This document shows, in pieces, positions 22,104 to 34,545 of a DNA stretch of 64,000 nt (the first letter of the stretch is position 1; every line of letters begins with the position of its first letter). Where the stretch lies: the NCBI GenBank assembly GCA_963768575.1, contig CAVYIJ010000001.1, forward strand, positions 162,912 to 226,911, written 5' to 3'. Source of the DNA: an uncultured Halobacteria archaeon (GTDB lineage Bacteria > Pseudomonadota > Gammaproteobacteria > UBA9214). The translations under genes were made by a program, and so were the position numbers. Below the pieces are notes generated by a model. The model had not been told where the DNA came from, did not search any database, and saw nothing but the letters and a program-made list of their open reading frames with translations.

Positions 22104-23225
22104 TTACTTTCCGCCACGGGATATTTTTTTACGGGTCTCTTGCTGTATATGTTCCGCCCCCTGCAACAGCGACATTATTTTTTTCGCAATGCGTCCCAGC
22201 GGCAGGATGCTGTCGGCGGCACCCAGCTTTACGGCAGCGCCGGGCATGCCCCAGACGACACAGGTCTTCTCATCCTGTGCGATGGTATAGGCACCGGATT
22301 CGTGCATTTCTTTCATGCCTTCTGCGCCGTCCTTTCCCATGCCGGTCAGCAGAATACCGATTACATTCAGATCGACGCATTCGACGGTGGAGCGGAACAG
22401 AACGTCAACCGACGGGATATGACGGCTGACAGGCGGTCCGTCCTCCAGCTTGCAATAGTAGCCTGTTGAGTTACCGACTATGGTGAGGTGCCTGTCGCCG
22501 GGTGCAATATAGACATGACCCGGCAGTATCCGCTGACCGTCCTGCGCTTCGCAGACATTCAGGGCCGACACGCTGTTCATGCGGCTGGCGAAGTGTGCGC
22601 TGAATACTGCCGGGATATGCTGGGTGACCAGTATGCCCGGCACGTCGGTCGGCAGATGTTGCAGGATTTCCTTGATTGCCTCGGTTCCACCCGTGGAAGC
22701 ACCAATGACGATCAGCGAATTTTGCAAAACGGAAGCATCGGGCGCCACATAATTAGCGTCTTTGGCGGCTGCCTGTCCGTCGCTCCGCACAGTCCCGGCC
22801 TGACTCAGGCCGGTTGCGCTGATGCGGGCATTGGCGGCCATCTTTATTTTCTCGATGATCTCATCCTTGTAATCATCCAGTGACTGGGCAGCATCGGATT
22901 TTGGCTTGTTGACGAAATCCAGCGCCCCCAACTCCAGTGCCTGCTGGGTAATGACGGCGCCCTTTTCCGTGAGTCTCGAAACCATGATGACCGGTAGCGG
23001 ATGCAGGCGCATCAGGTTGCGCAGAAATGTGATGCCGTTCATCCTGGGCATTTCGACATCCAGCGTCAGTACATCCGGATTGAGCTTTTTGATCTTGTCC
23101 CGCGCAACGAGCGGGTCTATTGCTGTGCCGCAGACCTCGATGTCCGGATCGGATTCCAGGATTTCCGTCAGCAGCTTGCGGATCAGTGCGGAGTCGTCAA
23201 TTATCAATACACGAATCGTTTTCAT
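22104..23225 (-). CDS. cheB: Chemotaxis methylesterase CheB
   Basis: Receiver domain plus GASTGG, QHIP, PSVDVLF and LTGMGKDGA. Confidence 0.95.
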   Translation of the reverse strand: MKTIRVLIIDDSALIRKLLTEILESDPDIEVCGTAIDPLVARDKIKKLNPDVLTLDVEMPRMNGITFLRNLMRLHPLPVIMVSRLTEKGAVITQQALELGALDFVNKPKSDAAQSLDDYKDEIIEKIKMAANARISATGLSQAGTVRSDGQAAAKDANYVAPDASVLQNSLIVIGASTGGTEAIKEILQHLPTDVPGILVTQHIPAVFSAHFASRMNSVSALNVCEAQDGQRILPGHVYIAPGDRHLTIVGNSTGYYCKLEDGPPVSRHIPSVDVLFRSTVECVDLNVIGILLTGMGKDGAEGMKEMHESGAYTIAQDEKTCVVWGMPGAAVKLGAADSILPLGRIAKKIMSLLQGAEHIQQETRKKISRGGK

Positions 23226-24058
23226 GCTGCACCTTTGTAGATGGTGCGACCAATCAGTTTGAAGCGATCGCAAATTTTGTAAAGGCTCTCCGAGTGTCCG
23301 ATAAACAGGTGTCCACCTGGTGCCAGTATGTCGGCAAAACGGTCAAACAATTGCTGCTGGGTCGGCTTGTCAAAATAAATCACGACATTGCGGCAAAAGA
23401 TTATGTCGAATAGACCTTTCATGGGCCATTCATGTATCAAATTGAGTCTACGGAAACTGACCAGGTTGCGAACGGCGGGTGCGACTCTCACCACGCCCTG
23501 CCGCCCGCCCTTGCCTTTCTGGAACCATGATTTCAAACACTGCGCGGGCACTTCATTAACTTTTTCGCCGGCGTAAATGCCGGAGATCGCCGTGTTGATT
23601 ACATTCGTATCCACATCGGTTGCCAGGATCCTGACGTCCCATTTTTCGATTTGCGGCATGGCTTCCAGCAGGGTCATGGCGATTGAATAAGGTTCCTCGC
23701 CCGTAGAGCAGCCGGCTGACCAGATCCGCAGGCGCTGTGACCGGGCATTGCGCTCCATGAGCTCGGGAAGAGCCACCTCCCTGAGGTACTCGAAGTGATG
23801 TTGCTCACGAAAGAATGCCGTCAGGTTTGTAGTCAGGGCGTTGGTGAAATGCTCAAGTTCATCTTCGTGACCTGCCTCGATCATGCGGCAGTACTCGCTA
23901 AAACTGCCGAGTTCCAGCGCCCGCAGCCGGCGTGACAGGCGACCGTAGACGATATCCTGTTTCTCGGCCGACAGGTTGATGCCGCAATGCCTGCGCACCA
24001 GTTCCTGTAGCTGGATAAATTCCTTTTCGGTATATTCGTATTCGCGTAATGCCGACAT
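23222..24058 (-). CDS. cheR: Chemotaxis methyltransferase CheR
   Basis: TTNLTAFFRE, IWSAGCSTGEEPYS, DIIFCRNVVIYF and GHSES. Confidence 0.95.
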   Translation of the reverse strand: MSALREYEYTEKEFIQLQELVRRHCGINLSAEKQDIVYGRLSRRLRALELGSFSEYCRMIEAGHEDELEHFTNALTTNLTAFFREQHHFEYLREVALPELMERNARSQRLRIWSAGCSTGEEPYSIAMTLLEAMPQIEKWDVRILATDVDTNVINTAISGIYAGEKVNEVPAQCLKSWFQKGKGGRQGVVRVAPAVRNLVSFRRLNLIHEWPMKGLFDIIFCRNVVIYFDKPTQQQLFDRFADILAPGGHLFIGHSESLYKICDRFKLIGRTIYKGAA

Positions 24059-24100
24059 CAACCGGGCTCCCTGCTCGACTGCAATTTATCTGAATTCACT

Positions 24101-24412
24101 TCAGACAGATTCCAGGCAAAGGTGTGATTGCAGACCGAGCAATCCGGCGGATTTGCACAAGCTGTCCGACGGTTGTTGCCAGGTAACCCGAATGTCGCGC
24201 TGTTGTATCTCGCGAAACAGTACGACCAGCAGCTGCAGGATTGCCGTGTCGATAACCTTGACTTGCGAGCCATCCAGAATAAAGCTGTTGTTTGATTCAA
24301 TAATTGTTTTCAGTCGTACCAGCAGGGCGCCGGCGTCGGAGATCTCCATGGTCTCGTCGAGCAGGACAGATTCATCTTTTACGGTTTTCTTTTTCATGAT
24401 GTCATCAACCAT
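24101..24412 (-). CDS. STAS domain protein
   Basis: [17 protein letters not shown]...LLGL pattern; between mcp and cheR. Start uncertain (24412 or 24397). Confidence 0.7.
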   Translation of the reverse strand: MVDDIMKKKTVKDESVLLDETMEISDAGALLVRLKTIIESNNSFILDGSQVKVIDTAILQLLVVLFREIQQRDIRVTWQQPSDSLCKSAGLLGLQSHLCLESV

Positions 24413-27108
24413 TTTGACCGGACGCTGCCCGGTCATTGTCGTCGCTGTTCCAGGGCCGGTCGCTGGAGCTGTTTTCCTCTTCATCGCCGGTGGTAAAGAA
24501 ACTCACCTGCTCGTTGAGGTCGTGTGCCTGTTCGCCCATCGACTTGCTGGCCGCCGCCGCCTGTTCCACCAGGGCGGCATTCTGCTGCGTCATCTCGTCG
24601 AGCTGTGACATGGCCCCGTTGACCTGCACAATGCCCGCCGACTGTTCCTCGCTGGCCGCGGCGATCTCGGCAATGATGTCGCTGACCTGCTGCACCGAGC
24701 TGACGATCTCTCCCAGCATCTGGCCGGACTCGTCCACCAGCCGGGAGCCCTCCTCGACCTTGCCCACGCTGTCCTTGATCAGGTCCTTGATTTCGCGGGC
24801 CGCGGTGGCGCTGCGCCCGGCCAGGTTGCGCACCTCGCTGGCGACCACGGCGAAGCCGCGGCCCTGTTCCCCGGCACGCGCGGCCTCGACCGCGGCGTTC
24901 AGGGCCAGCAGGTTGGTCTGGAAGGCGATTTCGTCGATGACGCCGATGATGTCGGCGATCTGCTTGCTGGCAGTGGTGATCTCACCCATGGCGGCGACCG
25001 CATTGCCGACCACCGCACCGCCCTTTTCGGCTTGCTCGCGCGCACTGCTCGAGAGCAGGTCGGCCTGGCGGGCGTTGTCGGCATTCTGCCGGACCGTGGA
25101 CGTCATCTCCTCCATGCTGGCGGCAGTCTGCTCCAGCCGGGCGTCCTGTTCGCGGGTGCGATTTGCCAGGTCCGCGTTGCCCGCCGCTATTTCCTGCGAA
25201 CCGTGCAGGACCGAGTCGGCAGCGGTCCTGATCTCATCCATGATCTGGGTGAGATTGCTGATCGTTTTGTTGGCATCATTTTTCAGCTGGTCATAGACAC
25301 CCTGGTAGCTGGACTCGATCTTCTTCGTCAGGTCGCCCTCTGCCATGGCGCCGAGAACCCGCAGCGTGTCCTTGACGACACGTTCGTTGACGTCCACCAG
25401 GTTGTTGACGCTTTTGCTCAGCATCTCGAAGAAACCGCTCTTGTCCGAGAGCTTGATGCGCTTGCCCAGGTCGCCTGCCAGTGCACTGTCGACAATACGC
25501 TGTATCTCGCTTTCTACAGCGACTTCCTGGGTACGGTCATGCCATTCCAGCACCGTGCCCAGCCGTTTGCCGCCTGCGTCCGTTACGGGATTGGCAGCCA
25601 TGCTCAGCGTGCGCCCGCCCAGTGACAGCTCAGCGCGGTGCGAGTCGGTCAGCGCATCGAGCATACTGCGAATCCTGGCGGGGTCCTTGTGGAATATGTC
25701 GATGCAGGAACCCAGCAGGGAATCCGCATCGAAGTCCGGCAGGTCCTTGCGGAAATCCTCTTCCGCATTGTGCATCAGGTCGAGCGTTGCATCATTCATG
25801 TAAATGATGTTGTAGTCCGTGTCGGCGATCATGACGCTGGCATCGACGTTGTCCAGTGCCTGCTTGATGCGGCCGTTTTCCGCGGCGGCCTTCTGATCGG
25901 TCTTGATACGATCGCGCAGGTTGTTGCGCATGGTGATCATGGACGCATAAACACCGACCGGCTGTTTGTCTGTGCACAACTGAATATCAAGGTTACCGCC
26001 TGCAATGGCTTCGGCAATTTGCTGCAGGTGGCCGGAATCGGTGCCCAGTTGTGACTGGATGCGCCGTGCCAGGAACCAGCCGACCAGGACCGTAAAGACC
26101 GTCGCCAGCAGGGCAATCAACAGTGTGCTGTTGCTAAGGTTTTTATAAACAGTCTGCACGGTATCTCTCGAGCTGTTTGCCAGCCCGGCATTGATTGCAC
26201 CGAGTTCTTCCAGGCTTTTGTGGATCGACAGCAGTACCGGCTGCAGTTCGGTTCGCGTGACATAGACATCGGTACGCCATTGTCTCGCTGCCATGCACGC
26301 CGATCATTTCTTTCAGGTTACTGTTGAAATTGAGTGATCAGCGGTGTTATCTGTGAAAGCGAATCCTCCTGGTCGAATGTCAACAGGTCGCCGTTATCGG
26401 TAATCTTGTCAACCAGGATTTGTGCGGTTTCCCCGTACAGTCTCGATTTCCGCCATGGAGTTTTCACCACGGAAGGCCAGGAAAGCCCGCACACCGCTCA
26501 TCAGGCGGACCCAGTTATAGCGCAGGCCATAAATGTCGGACAATCAGTTCCTTGCGTTCCGCTGTCGTTTCTTCCTCATCCTCGGCAAGCAGCATCTGCC
26601 CGAGGTTTTGCAGGATCTGCTGACTGATAGGATTGATGTTTTCTGCAGCAAATTTCATTGCAGGAAAGTTGTTCGCGGGTTTCTCGGCAAGTTCGAACAA
26701 CCGTGACTTGAAAGCAAGAAAGGTGTTGACGTCCTTTTCAACAGCTGTTATCAGTTGCCTGCTGCGCTCGTTTTGGTTGATTGTTTCCGATATCTTGAGC
26801 TCTTCGAGAATTGCCTGTATCTCGCTGCTGGCTTCCGCATAGGTTTCCTTGTGACGGACATCCTGACTGAGTAGATACGAATTCAGTGCGCTGATCGCGC
26901 GCTCGATCGAACCTTCCAGCTGCTGTGATCGAAGCAGGGTTGGCTGCACCTCGTCCACCACGTAATCGACCGTTGTCTGGACAGTCGACAGTCGCATGAG
27001 ATTGCTGATGTTGCTCAGCAGTAACGTGGCGAGCACCAGCGCAAAGCTCGCCCAGACAAGATGGCGCAACTGATGCTTGTTCAGTCTGCTTTTGACGGAT
27101 TCCCACAT
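24405..27108 (-). CDS. Methyl-accepting chemotaxis protein (TM-periplasmic-TM-HAMP-PAS-HAMP-signalling), frameshifted around 26290-26530
   Basis: GGAG RBS with ATG at 27108; TM1 in fragment 26515-27108; TM2, Aer2-like PAS and [26 protein letters not shown] in fragment 24405-26294. Confidence 0.85.
24502..25236. repeat. Copy 1 of a ~735-bp near-identical duplication (MCP signalling domain)
   Basis: Aligns to 27363-28097 at a constant 2861-bp offset with only scattered substitutions. Confidence 0.9.
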
Positions 27109-27169
27109 TACTGATGCTCCCTTGTTAAAATAAGTATGCATACTGTCAGCCTGTCTGCAGGCTGGTGAC

Positions 27170-29875
27170 TCAGAATTCTTCCCATTCGCCGGCGTCATCC
27201 TCACCGCCGGCAACCTTGCGTGTCTGTGGTGCCTTCCCCGCACCGGCCGCTGGGGTAGCCCGCTCGCCGTCTGATTTGCCCCATGGCCTGTCAGCTGCGC
27301 GACGCTCCACCGGCTTGCCCGGTTTTTTCTTCGCCTCCGGTTTATCCACAAGGGTAAAAAAGCTCACCTGCTCGTTGAGGTCGTGCGCCTGTTCGCCCAT
27401 CGACTTGCTGGCCGCCGCCGCCTGTTCCACCAGGGCGGCATTCTGCTGCGTCATCTCGTCGAGCTGTGCGATGGCCTCGTTGACCTGCACAATGCCCGCC
27501 GACTGTTCCTCGCTGGCCGCGGCGATCTCGGCAATGATGTCGCTGACCTGCTGCACCGAGGTGACGATCTCTCCCAGCGTCTGGCCGGACTCGTCCACCA
27601 GCCGGGAGCCCTCCTCGACCTTGCCCACGCTGTCCTTGATCAGGTCCTTGATTTCGCGCGCCGCGGTGGCGCTGCGCCCGGCCAGGTTGCGCACCTCGCT
27701 GGCGACCACGGCGAAGCCGCGGCCCTGTTCCCCGGCACGCGCGGCCTCGACCGCGGCGTTCAGGGCCAGCAGGTTGGTCTGGAAGGCGATTTCGTCGATG
27801 ACGCCGATGATGTCGGCGATCTGCTTGCTGGCAGTGGTGATCTCACCCATGGCGGCGACCGCGTTGCCGACCACCGCACCGCCCTTTTCGGCTTGCTCGC
27901 GCGCACTGCTTGCCAGCTGGTCGGCCTGGCGGGCGTTGTCGGCATTCTGCCGGACCGTGGACGTCATCTCCTCCATGCTGGCGGCGGTCTCCTCCAGCCG
28001 GGCGTCCTGTTCGCGGGTGCGATTTGCCAGGTCCGCGTTGCCCGCCGCTATTTCCTGCGAACCGTGCAGGACCGAGTCGGCAGCAGTCCTGATCTCAGCT
28101 CATGATCTGGGTGAGCTTGCTGACAGTACTCATTGACATCGTTCCTGAGCTGGCCGAAACAGCCGTCGTATTTGACCTTGATGGTGTTCGTCAGGTCGCC
28201 CTTCGCGATACCGCCCAGTACTCGAATGGTGTCATTGATAATGCGTTCATTGACATCGACCAGCGCATTGAAACCGCCGCTCAGGGTTTCGAAGAAACCC
28301 GTCTTGCCGCTGAGATCGATGCGCGTAGCTGAGATTACCTTCCATGGCCTCGTCGACCATCTCCTGGATCTCTTCTTCAACCGTGACCTCCTGGGTGCGG
28401 TCAGTCCATTCCATGACCGTACCGAGGCGGTTGCCTTTTGTATCCGACAATGGGGTTGATCACCAGGTCCATGGTGTGCCCACCCAGGACCAGTTCCATG
28501 GTGGTGCTGCCTGTCGAGCGCGTCCAGTTCGGCATGCAGGCGTTCCGGGTCCTGGAAAAAAATATCGATGTTCCTGCCCATGAGCGTGTCAACATCGAAA
28601 TCCGGCAGGTTCCTTGCGGATATCATCCTGTGCGGCAAGCAGCATGTCGGCCATCGCGTCGTTCAGGTAGATGATGTTGTAGTCCGTATCGGCGATGAGC
28701 ACGTTGGCATCCACATTGTCCAGCGCCTCGCGGATGCGGCGGTTTTCACCGGCTATTAATCGTTCCTTTTCGAGCATTTCCCGCAGATTGGCCTGCATGG
28801 TTTGCAGTGCGGTCAGCAGCTGGCCGGTTTCATCGTTCGAACTGACTTCGATGTCGTTATCGAGTGCGCCCTGTGCAATTGCGCCCGCAACGACAGAGGC
28901 GGTTCTCACTGACCGGTTGATGCCGCGGGTTACCAGGAACAACATCAGTGATCACTGCCGCTAGCACACAGCCGATGACCATATAAAAGTTGCGGGTGAG
29001 CCTGGCAGTTCGTGGACTGCACGCAGGGCACGCTTCTCTGCCAGCAACTCATCGCGGGCCTCGAGCAGATCCAGCAGCTGCAAATCGGCCATGACAATGA
29101 CGTCATTCATACGAGTCGATCTTGTTGGTAATCTCGCTCTCAAGCGGCGGCAGTTCGAGGAAGGTCCGGTGGTATTCCTGCATGCGGTCCGCTACTGCAG
29201 ACCTGTCCGCCGCAGACAAGATCTGACTCCTCCAGCAGGCCGGCAAACCGTTTCTGCTCGTCCGCCATCTTCTGCAGGTATTTGTCGAGTTTCCTGGCCA
29301 GGTAGTCTTTTTCGTGCCGGCGCATCATCAGCATGGAATGTGACAGTGCTATCTGGTCATGTGTCTTGAGGATTTCCTCTACCTCGTGGACGGCCTTGCG
29401 CAATTTACCGTGCAGGCCGCTGTTGTGGTCCAGGCCCATTTTTTCCCTGGCCTGCGCCATGTCCCGGAAGGCGTCCTGGTAATTGCCTAGGGTGGTGCGC
29501 AGTTCAGTCGATGATATCCAGTATGTACTCATCCTTGGTGAGCACCTTCATTTCCGCAATGGTCGTTTTGACAAGCGTATCTATCAGCCGCTCGTTATTT
29601 TCGACATAACGCGGATTATTGCTAAGCAGGAATTCCTTCTCGTTACGCCTGGCATTTTGCATCCTGATTTCAAGGTTATTCGTGAGTTCGCTGAAGTGAT
29701 TGGCCTCGTCATTAAATTTGACCGCACGCTTCTGGTTCACCTGTTGTGCCTGGAAGGTGATTGCAACGGTGACAAACCCGACAATGATGACTGCTGCAAT
29801 CGCCAGAAACTTGTGTGCAAGGTTCACGTTCGAGAGGAACCCGAATGCATCCCGGAATATTTTTCCTGCTGACAT
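27170..29875 (-). CDS. Second methyl-accepting chemotaxis protein with PAS and C-terminal pentapeptide EWEEF; multiply frameshifted
   Basis: Consecutive fragments 29504-29875 (TM1), 29140-29532, 28589-28945 (HAMP/PAS), 28048-28638 and 27170-27976 (signalling domain). Confidence 0.8.
27363..28097. repeat. Copy 2 of the ~735-bp duplication
   Basis: See 24502-25236. Confidence 0.9.
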
Positions 29876-29934
29876 TGTCCTGTTCCCTGTTTCAGACTGT
29901 ATTTCCACTGGATTCATAGCCTGGCGGACCTGCC

Positions 29935-30453
29935 TCAGGCTTCCGCCTGGTCAAGTTCGTTCAATACGCCGTTATTCATCAGATGGTCGATATCGAGAAT
30001 AATCAGCATCCTTTCGTCCTGGCTTACCAGGCCCTTGATAGAATCGGTACACAGCGTGCCGCCAAATTCCGGCGCCGGCTTGAGATCGGCCTTGGCCACG
30101 TTATGTACTTCGGACACGGCATCGACCACGACACCCATGGTGCGCACGCTGCCGGCCTCGTCCGCAACCTTGACGACAATCACGACGGTTGTCTGGCCAT
30201 ACGGGATGCTCTCCATGGAAAAGCGCTTACGTAAATCGATAATCGGCACAACCGTGCCGCGCAGGTTGATTACGCCAAGAATGAATTCAGGCATATTCGG
30301 CATCGGTGTAACGCTGCTCCAGCCCTTGATCTCCTGCACCTTCAGAATTTCGATGCCATATTCTTCATCGGCAAGCATGAATGTCAGGTACTGGTCGGTC
30401 CCGTCTTCGGATTGCAGCGAGGACTCCGTTATTTCTGCCTGTGAAACGCTCAT
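29935..30453 (-). CDS. cheW: Chemotaxis coupling protein CheW
   Basis: QYLTF.L..EEYGI.IL.VQEI, GVINLRG.VVPIIDLR and GVVVDAVSEV; GGAG RBS. Confidence 0.95.
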   Translation of the reverse strand: MSVSQAEITESSLQSEDGTDQYLTFMLADEEYGIEILKVQEIKGWSSVTPMPNMPEFILGVINLRGTVVPIIDLRKRFSMESIPYGQTTVVIVVKVADEAGSVRTMGVVVDAVSEVHNVAKADLKPAPEFGGTLCTDSIKGLVSQDERMLIILDIDHLMNNGVLNELDQAEA

Positions 30454-30472
30454 GACATAGTGTCTCCCTGGT

Positions 30473-32599
30473 TCAAGCGACGGCCATTTCGGCGTCGGTC
30501 TGATCGTTGCACTGTGCGAAATAGCACTGATGCAGTCCGTGTACGTCCAGGATGAGCGCGACCATGCCGTCACCCAGGATGGTGGCGCCGGAGACGCCCT
30601 GTAACTGCCGGAAATTGGTTTCCAGGCTCTTGATGACGACCTGCTGCTGCCCCATCAATTCGTCGACGAACAGGCCCACCTGCCGGCCGTCCGATTCAAC
30701 GACGACCAGCAAGCCTTCGTCGAGATCGTTAATCCCGGTATCCATACCAAAGATCCTGTTCAGGCGAATGATGGGAATGTATTCATCGCGCAGCCGGTAG
30801 AGTTCGGCCTGCCCCGTGATGTTGTTGACGTTGGCTTTATCTATCTGCAGTGATTCGACTATCGAAACCAGCGGTATGATGTAGGTATCGTGACCGACAC
30901 GGGCCAGTTGACCATCCAGGATTGCCAGCGTGAGCGGCAAGCGTATGGTGACGGTACTGCCCATGTTCGGCTGTGAGTAGATGCTGACATTGCCACCGAG
31001 GTCCCTGATATTGCGCCGTACCACGTCCATGCCGACACCGCGGCCGGACACATCGCTGACCTGTTCTGCGGTGGAGAAACCGGGCTCGAAAATCAGGTTA
31101 TAGATGCGCTGGTCGGTCAATTCTTCATTTTCGGAGACCAGGCCTTTCTCTATCGCCTTGCGCAGGACGACATCCTTGTTGATGCCGGCGCCGTCATCGA
31201 TAACCTCGATGACGATATCGCCGCCTTCATGCCTGGCGCTCAGGTGCAGGGTGCCTGTTTCGTGTTTGCCTGCCGCCTTGCGCTTGTCCGGTGTTTCCAG
31301 GCCGTGATCCAGCGAGTTGCGCACCAGGTGCACCAGCGGGTCGCCGATCTTTTCCAGTACCGTTTTGTCGACCTCGGTATTTTCCCCGGAGATCTTCAGC
31401 TCGATCTGCTTGCCCATTTTGCTGCTGAGATCGCGCACCAGCCGCGGGAAGCGGCTGAAGGAGAAACTGATCGGCAGCATGCGGATCTGCAGCACGCTTT
31501 CCTGCAGTTCCCGCGTATTGCGTTCCAGCTGGGCCAGTCCGTCCAGCAGCCCTTCGATGGCTTTTGAATCGACGCCCTCCAGTTGCTCGCCCACCTGGCT
31601 GAGCATGGACTGGGTAATCACCAGCTCGCCGACCATGTTGATGAGGCCGTCCACCTTGTCGATGGCGACACGGATGGAATTTGACTCCTTCCCGGCACCG
31701 GTATCCTTGCGTTTGACCGGAGTTTGTGTGTCCGCTCCGCCAGCCGTGTCCGCACCCGCGTCTATTGCAGGGGCAGGACTGCCGGTTTGTTCTTCTGCTG
31801 CCGGCGGGTCAGCCGTTACAGTCGGCTGTGCGGTTTGTGTGTCGACGTTGTCTGCGGTTTCGGCATCGACCAATGGCGTGATTTCCAGCTCGCAATTGCC
31901 CTCGGCCCAGTCGAATGCCGCAGTGACCTGTTCCCGCCCGATGTCCCCGCGCAACTCCAGTTGCCAGGTGATGTAGCAGTTGTCCGGCTCCAGTTCCGCC
32001 AGCGCCGGGAGGCCGGAAATATCCGCCGTGCTGACCAGCTCGCCCAGTGATGACAGCTCACTGAAGATTCGGACGGGATCGTTGCCGGATTTAAGGATAT
32101 CGGGGTGCGGCCTGAAACTGATTTTCCAGCCGGCATGCGGATGATTCGCCGGCGCATCCTCCGGTTCGGCAGTTACATCGGCTGTATCCGTGTCCGGGGT
32201 GTTCGATTCGCCCGGCGTGGCAAGCATGTCCTGCAGGCGTTGTTTGACGGCATCGATACGCGGCTGGTCGCAGCCGGCTTCGTCCCTGGCCGCGTTGACC
32301 ATGTCCCTCAGGCAATCGACTGATTCCAGCAACAGGTCCACGGCCGGGCGCGCCACGCTGCGGCGTCCGTCGCGCATCTCGTCCAGCAGGGTCTCCATGA
32401 CGTGGGTGAAATCCGATATATCGGAAAATCCGAAGGAGGCGCCGCCGCCCTTGATGGAGTGTGCGGCACGGAAGATGGCGTTTATTTCATCGACATCCGT
32501 GCCCTGGTCCAGGGTCAGCAACCCGGATTCCATAACCTCGAGTCCCTCGAAGCATTCCTCGAAGAACACGTCATGAAATTCAGAAAGATCGATAGACAT
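30473..32599 (-). CDS. cheA: Chemotaxis histidine kinase CheA
   Basis: HPt FRAAHSIKG, SIRV..DKVD, HLVRNSLDHG, GRGVGMDVV and a C-terminal CheW-like domain. Confidence 0.97.
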   Translation of the reverse strand: MSIDLSEFHDVFFEECFEGLEVMESGLLTLDQGTDVDEINAIFRAAHSIKGGGASFGFSDISDFTHVMETLLDEMRDGRRSVARPAVDLLLESVDCLRDMVNAARDEAGCDQPRIDAVKQRLQDMLATPGESNTPDTDTADVTAEPEDAPANHPHAGWKISFRPHPDILKSGNDPVRIFSELSSLGELVSTADISGLPALAELEPDNCYITWQLELRGDIGREQVTAAFDWAEGNCELEITPLVDAETADNVDTQTAQPTVTADPPAAEEQTGSPAPAIDAGADTAGGADTQTPVKRKDTGAGKESNSIRVAIDKVDGLINMVGELVITQSMLSQVGEQLEGVDSKAIEGLLDGLAQLERNTRELQESVLQIRMLPISFSFSRFPRLVRDLSSKMGKQIELKISGENTEVDKTVLEKIGDPLVHLVRNSLDHGLETPDKRKAAGKHETGTLHLSARHEGGDIVIEVIDDGAGINKDVVLRKAIEKGLVSENEELTDQRIYNLIFEPGFSTAEQVSDVSGRGVGMDVVRRNIRDLGGNVSIYSQPNMGSTVTIRLPLTLAILDGQLARVGHDTYIIPLVSIVESLQIDKANVNNITGQAELYRLRDEYIPIIRLNRIFGMDTGINDLDEGLLVVVESDGRQVGLFVDELMGQQQVVIKSLETNFRQLQGVSGATILGDGMVALILDVHGLHQCYFAQCNDQTDAEMAVA

Positions 32600-32670
32600 C
32601 CCTGTTCTCTGTGCGTCAGTCCGTGACAATTACCATTCAACGGGTACACCACCCGCTATTGATGTCCTCC

Positions 32671-32697
32671 TTAACGGCATGACCCGATGAAGCTTTA
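32671..32697 (-). promoter_or_regulatory. Putative sigma28 (FliA) promoter of the che operon
   Basis: Minus strand reads TAAA-N15-GCCGTTAA (consensus TAAA-N15-GCCGATAA), about 70 bp upstream of cheA. Confidence 0.7.
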
Positions 32698-32962
32698 GTC
32701 CTTGATTCACTGACAAAAAGGAGGTCATATTATTTCGCGTGGACGACATAATTTTGACGCAACGCGGATACTAATCGAGTGCGCAGGATCGCCGGTATTT
32801 ATTCCATCGGAACCGTGGCTTGGGCTGTTTGTAATGAAGCCCGAGAGCCGACCGCTAGAGGCGTACTTGTCGGGCTACACAAGGATCAGCCCAACTTGCA
32901 CCATTGGTCGATGCCGTCGGTGTGCCCGTTGGCGCAGGCGCGCCGTGGTTGGCGCGCAGGAA

Positions 32963-34267
<1,305 letters not shown>

Positions 34268-34292
34268 TTACGAATCAGCTGGCCAATTGTAA

Positions 34293-34497
34293 TGCAGGAG
34301 ACTGTCCGCTGGCGAATAGTTCGCGGGTGGACTCTCCCGCAGATTTGTCGATTGGGCGTAGGAGCGCCTTGCAGCCGCGAATATATCGGACGCTTATCAT
34401 TTCGCGCCTGGCCGCTCCCGGCATCCATGCCTCCTGCGGCTTGAACTACAAGGCCGCTAGGCAGCCTTGTCCCTGTACATCGCAAAGCGCTCCTACA
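34293..34497. repeat. Cluster of REP-like palindromes (GTAGGAGCG family), one arm interrupted
   Basis: Degenerate pair at 34293-34341; gtaggagcgccttgcagccgcgaat at 34358-34382; split partner ttcgcgcctgg...caaagcgctcctaca at 34401-34497. Confidence 0.6.
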
Positions 34498-34545
34498 GTT
34501 GTGTTAAACAGGCGCTGGCATAACCCTTTTGGCCGCGAACCTGAA

